Below, piece by piece: positions 53,113 to 60,493 of a DNA stretch of 60,493 bases. The stretch spans positions 1 through 60,493 of the forward strand of contig JBJFFD010000048.1 in assembly GCA_051891335.1 (NCBI GenBank), given 5' to 3'. A program made the position numbers and the translations under genes. Origin of the DNA: Candidatus Scatovivens sp. (GTDB taxonomy: Bacteria > Bacillota > Clostridia > TANB77 > CAG-508). The number at the start of each line of letters is the position of its first letter. The first letter of the stretch is position 1. The notes beneath the pieces are model-generated. The model saw only the letters and a list, made by a program, of their open reading frames with translations, did not search any database and had not been told where the DNA came from.

Positions 53113-54135
53113 CTACATTATAAGCATTGCATCACCAAAAGAAAAGAATCTATATCTATTTTTTACGGCTTCTTCATAAGCTTTAAATATAAAATCTTTT
53201 CCAGCAAAGGCAGATACTAACATTATTAACGTTGATTGTGGCAAATGAAAATTAGTTATTAATCCATCAATGCATTTAAATTTATAACCTGGATATATAA
53301 ATATCTCTGTGTCTGTTTCAATCTCTTTTACCATACCATTTTTATCTGCAACAGCTTCTAAAACTCTACAAGAAGTAGTACCTACTGCAATAATTCTTCT
53401 TCCCTCTTTTTTAGCATTATTTATTTTAATAACGTCTTCTTGTTTTATGTAAAAATGTTCTGAATGCATTTTATGTGCTTCAATACTTTCTTCTTTTACT
53501 GGTCTAAAAGTTCCTATTCCGACATGTAATGTAACATTAGCTATTTGTATCCCTTTTTTTTCAATTTCATTTAATAGTTCTTCTGTAAAATGCAATCCTG
53601 CAGTTGGAGCAGCAGCAGAACCTTGATATTTTGCATAAACTGTTTGATATCTATCCTTTTGTTTTAATTCTTCATGTATATATGGAGGAAGTGGCATTAA
53701 TCCAATTTTATCTAATATCTCATTGAAAATACCATTATAACTAAATTTTACTTTTCTTGTTCCTCCTGGCAAAATATCTAGTATTTCTGCATTTAAAATA
53801 CCATCTCCAAATATAACATTTGTACCGATACGAAGTTTATTCCCAGGTCTTACAATTGTTTCCCAAATATCACTTTCTAGGTTCTTTAATAGTAAAAATT
53901 CAACATTAGCACCAGTTTCTTTCTTTCCATAAATTCTTGCTGGTATTACTTTAGTATTATTTCTAACTAATACATCTCCAGGTTTTAGATAATCTAGAAC
54001 ATCTTTAAAAATTTTATGTTCTATTGTTTTTTTATCTTTATCTAAAACCATAAGTCTTGATTCATCTCTTTTATCTGTTGGAGTTTGTGCTATTAATTCT
54101 TCTGGTAAATCATAATTAAATTCTGAAACTTTCAT
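53113..54135 (-). CDS. queA: S-adenosylmethionine:tRNA ribosyltransferase-isomerase
   Basis: [17 protein letters not shown] and RFFSFGDAM motifs. Confidence 0.98.
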   Translation of the reverse strand: MKVSEFNYDLPEELIAQTPTDKRDESRLMVLDKDKKTIEHKIFKDVLDYLKPGDVLVRNNTKVIPARIYGKKETGANVEFLLLKNLESDIWETIVRPGNKLRIGTNVIFGDGILNAEILDILPGGTRKVKFSYNGIFNEILDKIGLMPLPPYIHEELKQKDRYQTVYAKYQGSAAAPTAGLHFTEELLNEIEKKGIQIANVTLHVGIGTFRPVKEESIEAHKMHSEHFYIKQEDVIKINNAKKEGRRIIAVGTTSCRVLEAVADKNGMVKEIETDTEIFIYPGYKFKCIDGLITNFHLPQSTLIMLVSAFAGKDFIFKAYEEAVKNRYRFFSFGDAMLIM

Positions 54136-54148
54136 TTATTTACTCCTT

Positions 54149-54586
54149 TTACTTTAATTCTTTTATTGCATTAGTTGCTAAAAAATCACATCTATTATTG
54201 TACTCATTGTCACTATGTCCTTTTACTTTAATAAATTTAACTTTATGTTTCTGAGTAAGGTTATATAGTTCTTCCCATAACTGTTTATTTTTTACATCTT
54301 CTTTTCCTGAAGTCTTCCAATTATTCTTTTTCCAATTATAAATCCATCCTTTTTCAAATGCATTAACAACATAAGCGCTATCACTATATAGTTCAACTTC
54401 ACAATTTTCTCTTAATAATTTTAGAGCTTCTATAACAGCTGTAAGTTCCATTATATTATTTGTTGTATTCTCACAATTTCCATATATTTCTTTTTTATTT
54501 TCTCCATAAAATAAAATTGCTCCCCATCCTCCAGGTCCTGGATTTCCAGAACAGGCTCCATCTGTATATATTAAAACTTTTTTCAT
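54149..54586 (-). CDS. rnhA: Ribonuclease HI
   Basis: [21 protein letters not shown] and VKGH motifs. Confidence 0.97.
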   Translation of the reverse strand: MKKVLIYTDGACSGNPGPGGWGAILFYGENKKEIYGNCENTTNNIMELTAVIEALKLLRENCEVELYSDSAYVVNAFEKGWIYNWKKNNWKTSGKEDVKNKQLWEELYNLTQKHKVKFIKVKGHSDNEYNNRCDFLATNAIKELK

Positions 54587-54663
54587 ATTTTTTATTCCTT
54601 TTATTTGTAATATTTTTATATCTATGATATTATAACAGTAAATTGATAAGATTACAATAATAG

Positions 54664-55905
54664 GTGGTGATTTATTTGGCCAATGTTTTAGGAATTATTT
54701 GCGAATATAATCCTTTTCATAATGGACATCTTCTGCATTTGAATGAATCAAAAAAGGCGTGTAATGCTGATTTTACAATTGCAGTAATGAGTGGAAATTT
54801 TACTCAACGTGGAGATGTTGCTTTGTTTGATAAGTGGACAAGAGCAAAAATGGCTTTAGCCAACGGTGTTGATTTAGTAATAGAATTACCAACTGTTTAT
54901 GCAACTTCTAGTGCAGAAAATTTTGCAGATGGAGCAATAAAAATACTTAATACATTAGGAATAGTAGATTATATTTCATTTGGTAGTGAATCTGGAGACA
55001 TAAATTTATTGAACACAATTTCATCAATACTTTATAAAGAGCCAAAGGAATTATCTAATTTAATAAATATGCAACTTAAATCTGGTCTTTCTTATCCTAA
55101 AGCAAGGGAACTAGCAATTTCAACATACTTCAGAGGTTCAAAAAAATATTCTGAGGCACTTCAAAGCCCAAATAATGTTTTGGCAATAGAATATTTAAAA
55201 TCATTAAAAAAACATAAAAGTAATATTGTACCAATTACATTAAAAAGAGATTATTCAGATTACAACAGTACATCTACCAAAAATGGCATAGCTAGTGCAA
55301 CAGCAATAAGGCAGTTACTTAAAGAAAATAAAAAAATACATAGGTTGGTTCCATTTGAAACTTATGAGATAATAGAAAATAAATTATTAAAAAAAGATTT
55401 TTTAGAAGATTTATCTGTATTTGAAAAGGAAATAATTTTTAACTTAAGAAGAATGTCTTTAGAAGAAATTTCAAAAATACAAGATGTAACAGAAGGATTA
55501 GAAAACAAAATAAAATATTCAGCTAATAATTTCAATAATTTAAATGACTTAATAAATAATATAAAATCAAAAAGATTTACTAGAACCAGAATCCAAAGAA
55601 TTTTAGTTTATTCCCTTTTGGGCATTACCAAAAAAGATATTAATTTATCAAAAAGAGTAATCCCGTATATTAGAGTTTTAGGTTTTAACAAACACGGTAA
55701 AAAAATAATATCTTCAATAGCTGCAAATAATCCTAAAGCAAAAATAATAATTTCTCTAAAAAGATTTTTAGATACAAATCCTGATAATTCTACAAGGCAA
55801 TTATTATCTAAAGATATTTTAGCCACAAATATTTATACCTTGGCATCAAAAGAGAATCCTGTAGCAAATTTAGATTATACACATAAGGTTACAGAAATAG
55901 TATAA
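54664..55905 (+). CDS. tmcAL: tRNA(Met) cytidine acetate ligase (nucleotidyltransferase)
   Basis: [27 protein letters not shown] and SATAIR motifs. Confidence 0.9.
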   Translation: MVIYLANVLGIICEYNPFHNGHLLHLNESKKACNADFTIAVMSGNFTQRGDVALFDKWTRAKMALANGVDLVIELPTVYATSSAENFADGAIKILNTLGIVDYISFGSESGDINLLNTISSILYKEPKELSNLINMQLKSGLSYPKARELAISTYFRGSKKYSEALQSPNNVLAIEYLKSLKKHKSNIVPITLKRDYSDYNSTSTKNGIASATAIRQLLKENKKIHRLVPFETYEIIENKLLKKDFLEDLSVFEKEIIFNLRRMSLEEISKIQDVTEGLENKIKYSANNFNNLNDLINNIKSKRFTRTRIQRILVYSLLGITKKDINLSKRVIPYIRVLGFNKHGKKIISSIAANNPKAKIIISLKRFLDTNPDNSTRQLLSKDILATNIYTLASKENPVANLDYTHKVTEIV

Positions 55906-55937
55906 AATTTGTGTACAAAATTAGCAAAACCTTTATG

Positions 55938-56130
55938 TAATATGAAGTTAGGAGAACTTTCATATTATAGAATATGAACAAAAGCGGCATAATTAAAATT
56001 CTTTAACATTTTAGAGAACTTTTCATGCCGCGTCTTTGTTCGACCGCGAAAATTTCTGAAGAAATTTTCTGTGGAATGTTGGCGAAGCCTTTATATAATA
56101 GGAATTGCATAGCAATTTCCTATTATATAA
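55938..56130. other. Multi-hairpin structured intergenic element (candidate ncRNA or MITE)
   Basis: Four long stems at 55938-55967, 55976-56041, 56044-56074 and 56091-56130. Confidence 0.5.
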
Positions 56131-56170
56131 AAAAAAGACTTTACTAAACAATTTAGCAAAGTCCTTTTTT
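56131..56170. terminator. Bidirectional terminator
   Basis: AAAAAAGACTTT.CTAAA...TTTAG.AAAGTC.TTTTTT. Confidence 0.7.
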
Positions 56171-56171
56171 A

Positions 56172-56711
56172 CTAATAATTTTCTGCTTTAATTTCAAAAA
56201 ATGCTTTTGGATGATTGCATACTGGGCAAACTTCTGGAGCTTTTGTTCCAACAACAATATGTCCACAATTTCTACATTTCCAAATTTTTACTTCCCCTGC
56301 TTCAAATACTTTTCCATCTTCAACATTAGCTAACAATTTTTTATATCTTTCTTCATGCTCTTTTTCAATTTTTCCAACAGCTTCAAATAAATATGCTATC
56401 TTATCAAATCCTTCTTCTTTAGCTTCTTTAGCCATTCTATCATACATATCTGTCCATTCATAGTTTTCTCCATTTGCTGCTGATACCAAATTTTCAGCAG
56501 TAGTTCTTATATCTCCGCCTTCTAGTAATTTAAACCATAACTTTGCATGTTCTTTTTCATTATCTGCTGTTTCCTGAAATATAGCAGCAATTTGCTCATA
56601 TCCTTCTTTTTTAGCTTTACTTGCAAAATATGTATATTTGTTTCTTGCTTGAGATTCACCAGCAAAAGCCTCCATTAAATTCTTTTCTGTCTTTGATCCT
56701 TTTAATTCCAT
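56172..56711 (-). CDS. rbr: Rubrerythrin
   Basis: [17 protein letters not shown] and WKCRNCGH...CPVC motifs. Confidence 0.96.
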   Translation of the reverse strand: MELKGSKTEKNLMEAFAGESQARNKYTYFASKAKKEGYEQIAAIFQETADNEKEHAKLWFKLLEGGDIRTTAENLVSAANGENYEWTDMYDRMAKEAKEEGFDKIAYLFEAVGKIEKEHEERYKKLLANVEDGKVFEAGEVKIWKCRNCGHIVVGTKAPEVCPVCNHPKAFFEIKAENY

Positions 56712-56715
56712 TCTT

Positions 56716-57117
56716 TTAATCCTCCCTTTTATTTTTTATTAATTTAAAACATTGTTTACATATACCATACAATGTAATGCTATTACTATCTATAGTATAT
56801 ATATCTGTTTTTAATTGTTTTTTTAGAGCTTCTATTTTGAAATCATATTCAAAATCTATAATCTTTTTACATTTTTTGCATATAAAATGACTATGATAAT
56901 CTCTAGCACAATCATATCTATCCGGTCCATCTGACATAGGAATTTTTTTTACCATGTTTTTTTCTACTAAAGTTTTTAAATTCCTATATACAGTTCCTCT
57001 ACTAGAAGTTGATTTTTTTTCTTTTACTCTTTCATAAACTTCTTCTGCTGTCGGATGATCATATGAATTTTTTAAAACTTCAATTATTTCTTCTCTTTGC
57101 TTTGAATATTTTTCCAT
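56716..57117 (-). CDS. perR: Fur-family repressor, probably PerR
   Basis: [14 protein letters not shown] and HSHFICKKC motifs; upstream of rbr. Confidence 0.85.
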   Translation of the reverse strand: MEKYSKQREEIIEVLKNSYDHPTAEEVYERVKEKKSTSSRGTVYRNLKTLVEKNMVKKIPMSDGPDRYDCARDYHSHFICKKCKKIIDFEYDFKIEALKKQLKTDIYTIDSNSITLYGICKQCFKLIKNKRED

Positions 57118-57202
57118 AAAAAACCTCTTAAAAAATAGGAATAATTCCTACTTTTGTGTTATAACATATATTGAATTTAATTTCAATAGTTTTTTTATAT
57201 TT

Positions 57203-57712
57203 TTACATTTTTATTCCTTCACATCTTGGAACTAACTCTTTTTCTAATTTTTCCCTTTTCTTTTTAAATCTTTCTTTCTTTTTCTCAACTTTCATCATAT
57301 ATAAGTTTTCTTTTCTTTTTAGTAATTTTAGCTTCCATGTTATTTTCCAAAGTCTATCATATTCAGCACTTCTAATTTTTAGTTCTTTTTGTCTTCTATT
57401 TTTTTCTTCTCCTTCATCCATGTCTCCTATTTCCATCATTTCATCAATATCCAATTTAGAAAGTTTAAAGCTCTCCCAATCATTATAACCATTAAAAGAT
57501 TTTTGATATAAATAAGCCCTATAGAAAAAATTGGATGTTACTATTATCATTATTACAAAAACTTCTGCATCTTTAAAAAACATAAAAAATGTAAATATAG
57601 TTGACATTATTCCACCTATTATATAAAGCCAAAATATAAGAATATACCATTTTCTTTGTTTTAGACTCTTCAGTCTTGGTGTATCATCTATTGTTTGAAA
57701 CATATAATTCAC
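57203..57712 (-). CDS. Hypothetical membrane protein
   Basis: Two TMs plus a charged C-terminus; AAGGAG near the start. Confidence 0.55.
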   Translation of the reverse strand: MNYMFQTIDDTPRLKSLKQRKWYILIFWLYIIGGIMSTIFTFFMFFKDAEVFVIMIIVTSNFFYRAYLYQKSFNGYNDWESFKLSKLDIDEMMEIGDMDEGEEKNRRQKELKIRSAEYDRLWKITWKLKLLKRKENLYMMKVEKKKERFKKKREKLEKELVPRCEGIKM

Positions 57713-58017
57713 TCCTTTATTTTTTTCTTCTATAACATTTTATTTAAAAAAGCCATAATCATAAAAACAAATAATTAAATATTAAAAGTTTTATACAAGA
57801 TAAAAGTATATTTTTTATATATTTTATCATTTAAATTCATAAAAAAATGTCGAATTTTGTGTTCATTCATTATTAAAAAAATTTAACCATTAGAATATAA
57901 ATATACATTATATATATTATAGCAAATAATATTCCATTTTTTCTACTCATTTGATTTTTATTTTTATATATGTAAAAAATAATATAACAAAATAAAAATA
58001 AGACTTTAAATTCAGCA

Positions 58018-58050
58018 AAATCCAGAGCTTTATGAAAGCTCTGGATTTAG
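58018..58050 (-). terminator. Terminator
   Basis: AAATCCAGAGCTTT-ATG-AAAGCTCTGGATTT. Confidence 0.75.
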
Positions 58051-58052
58051 AA

Positions 58053-59483
58053 TCATTTCTTGGTTTGAATTTGTTTTAAAAGTCCATATGCATTTATTCG
58101 ATAAAAATAATTTCTATCTAATATAGCAACATTTTTTGACTTAACTTCTTTTTTTACCTTATCCATAAACCTTAATTTTGTGTCTAGATTTCCATGATTT
58201 ATTAGAATTAGTTTTATGTTGTCAAAGCTTTTTAAGAACTGTATCATTTCATCAGATTTTGCATGACCCGAAAACTCTCTAGTGTTTTGAACATTAGCTC
58301 GTTTTTTTATTTGCATTCCTCCAATTATTACTTCCTCTCCATCCTTGCATTCGAGCACTCTTCTTCCTAAAGTTCCTTCTGCATTATATCCAGTAAAATG
58401 GATTAATGCATTTTTTCTACTTACTATGTTTGGTAAATAGAGTCTTGCTGGTCCATATGATGCCATTCCTGATGTTGATATGATAATTTTAGGTTCTGTG
58501 TTTTTTATAACCTCTCTTCTAAAAGTATCATTAACAAAAATGGAGTTCTGTGGAACAAATTCTTTACATTCTTCTCTCAATCCCAAATCTTTCTTTAAGA
58601 ATATATTAGTATATTGAAATGCTAAATTTCCATCAAGAAAAATTGGAATATTCTTTTCAATCAATTCTTTTTCCTGCATTCTTTTTAAGAATAGCATTAT
58701 CTCTTGAAATCTTCCTTGTGAGAATGCTGGAATAAAAATTTCCTTACCTTTTTTGGATGCTTCAATTATATTTTCATCAAACTTATAGTTTATATCTTTT
58801 GCTTCAATATCACCATAAGTTGATTCCTGTATAATTATCAAAGGTAACTTTCTAATCCACTCTGGAATATCTTCAACTTCAAAAAATACATTTTCTTTTT
58901 TATAATCACCTGTAAATAATAAATTAATATCATCATACTGCATGACGCTATTATTATCTTTATAGGAAATTTGGACAAGTATCATTGCTGCACCTATTAA
59001 GTGACCATTTTTCAAAAAAGTTACTTTTACATTTTTTCCAATTTGTATTGTTTCGTAAAATTTAATTCCTTTTTTTTGATTAATGACATTGTGCACATCG
59101 GAAGTTGAATATATTAAAGGACGGTTTTCATTGGAAGCTCTTTCTTTCAAAACTTTATAGCTGTCATTAAGTGCAGGAGATATTATTTTCCCTGTAATTT
59201 CTGACATATATATTAAGTTTTGATATCCTTTTTTTACTAAAAGAGGAAGTCTTCCAATATGATCAACATGATTATGTGTTACTAATACAAAATCAATATT
59301 GTCTACGTTGATATTTAATTCCTTATTTAATTTTTCGTATTCCCGTTCTTGGTAGAGTCCACAGTCTACTATAAACCGCATTTTTTCACCATTTGGAAAA
59401 GATACAGAAATTAATATACATGAGCCTGTCACTTCATCATGCATAGCTTCTATATTTGCATAGAATCTCGATTTATTACCCAT
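58053..59483 (-). CDS. MBL-fold beta-CASP nuclease
   Basis: VTGSC, VDCG, THNHVDHIG, GHLIGA, ESTYG and FSGHA motifs; carries two in-frame CGG codons (59378, 59345). Confidence 0.9.
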   Translation of the reverse strand: MGNKSRFYANIEAMHDEVTGSCILISVSFPNGEKMRFIVDCGLYQEREYEKLNKELNINVDNIDFVLVTHNHVDHIGRLPLLVKKGYQNLIYMSEITGKIISPALNDSYKVLKERASNENRPLIYSTSDVHNVINQKKGIKFYETIQIGKNVKVTFLKNGHLIGAAMILVQISYKDNNSVMQYDDINLLFTGDYKKENVFFEVEDIPEWIRKLPLIIIQESTYGDIEAKDINYKFDENIIEASKKGKEIFIPAFSQGRFQEIMLFLKRMQEKELIEKNIPIFLDGNLAFQYTNIFLKKDLGLREECKEFVPQNSIFVNDTFRREVIKNTEPKIIISTSGMASYGPARLYLPNIVSRKNALIHFTGYNAEGTLGRRVLECKDGEEVIIGGMQIKKRANVQNTREFSGHAKSDEMIQFLKSFDNIKLILINHGNLDTKLRFMDKVKKEVKSKNVAILDRNYFYRINAYGLLKQIQTKK

Positions 59484-59612
59484 TAAATGATTCTCCTTTC
59501 TTGAGCTTAATAGTTATCAGCTCAGTTATTATGGATAACAATTGAATTATATCATGCCATTTTACAATTTTCTACTTTTTTTTACAATTTTATTACATTT
59601 TTATAAAATTAT

Positions 59613-60493
59613 TTATTCAACACTTTTTAAAGACTCTATCATATCTATCTTTTTTAATGCTTTGTATGTAAATAAATTTACTATTAATGTGAAGGAAATA
59701 GTTATAAGTGTTGAATAAATATAACTTTGAATACTAACTGTCTTAGCAAATCTTAATACATTTATTTCACAAGTTCCAAGTATATAATACGTTAAAAAAT
59801 ACCCTCCGAATAATCCCAAAATAGTTCCTATTATAGTTAGTATAATTGTTTCTCTATTTAAATAATCAAATACTTCTTTATCATAAAATCCCAATACTTT
59901 TATTGTAGCTAGTTCTCTTATTCTTTCACTTATATTTATATTAGCCAGGTTAAATAAAACAACGAAAGCTAATAATCCAGATGAGACTATAAGTATAATT
60001 ACAACATAATTTAGTGAACTCATCATATCATTCATTAGTCCTCTTATATATGATGTTTGAGCGACTCCAGTTACGTTTTCTAGTTCAATAATTTCCTTTG
60101 AAACTTTATTATTAATTTCATCTGATGCTTGTTTGTAGTTTAAATAAATTGAATTGTCTATATATGTTCCAAATAAATTATTATACATTTGTTTACTCAT
60201 ATAGACATAATGGTTTATATAGTTTTCAGCTATTGCTCCAATAGTTACTTGTACTTCAATCCCATCACTATTTTTTAACAATATAATATCTCCTTTATTT
60301 ACTTTCAAAAGGTCTGCTAATTTATCTGTTAATATGACTGTTTCATCATCAATTAATAATTTCTCATCTGTATTTACTTCATTTAAATTTATCACTTTAT
60401 TAATTTCTTCATTTTTTGAAGGTACAATTATTTGAGCATCTTCTGCATTTTGGTTATTTATTACAGTTATAGAAGACTCATATGCTATTATTG
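59613..60493 (-). CDS. FtsX-like ABC transporter permease, 3' part (starts beyond the window)
   Basis: LAFVVLFNL..INISERIRELATIKVLGF; frame open to the window end. Confidence 0.9.
   Translation of the reverse strand, partial: IIAYESSITVINNQNAEDAQIIVPSKNEEINKVINLNEVNTDEKLLIDDETVILTDKLADLLKVNKGDIILLKNSDGIEVQVTIGAIAENYINHYVYMSKQMYNNLFGTYIDNSIYLNYKQASDEINNKVSKEIIELENVTGVAQTSYIRGLMNDMMSSLNYVVIILIVSSGLLAFVVLFNLANINISERIRELATIKVLGFYDKEVFDYLNRETIILTIIGTILGLFGGYFLTYYILGTCEINVLRFAKTVSIQSYIYSTLITISFTLIVNLFTYKALKKIDMIESLKSVE

Overview
Very AT-rich DNA from a spore-forming Clostridia-type Firmicute (sleB, spoVS, ytfJ; the gene style suggests an uncultured gut lineage such as TANB77, which is an inference). 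About 1.25-31.6 kb is an integrative conjugative element (ICE), almost all on the minus strand. It carries a thioester/SpaA adhesin and sortase, a VirB4/VirB6/VirD4/PrgI/pilin/M23 mating-pair module, a relaxase, ParB, a giant ArdC-methyltransferase-SNF2 helicase, a phage-like Rep, activators and a 5'-truncated serine recombinase ending at a tRNA-like att remnant. About 31.6-60.5 kb is chromosomal backbone (efp, pepP, sleB, scpA, recX/recA, spoVS, ymdB, secDF-like, tgt/queA, rnhA, tmcAL, rbr/perR). Main observation: every apparently broken gene breaks the same way. At 14 sites in 8 genes, an in-frame CGG codon must be read as a 4-nt unit C+GGN (a +1 shift) to restore the frame, often at a conserved Gly (DPK-G-E, EPSA-G-IG, T-G-PHLH, LPRT-G). 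This points to a systematic CGG-triggered +1 recoding or quadruplet-decoding system rather than pseudogene decay. Three in-frame CGG codons that cannot shift show the rule is not absolute.
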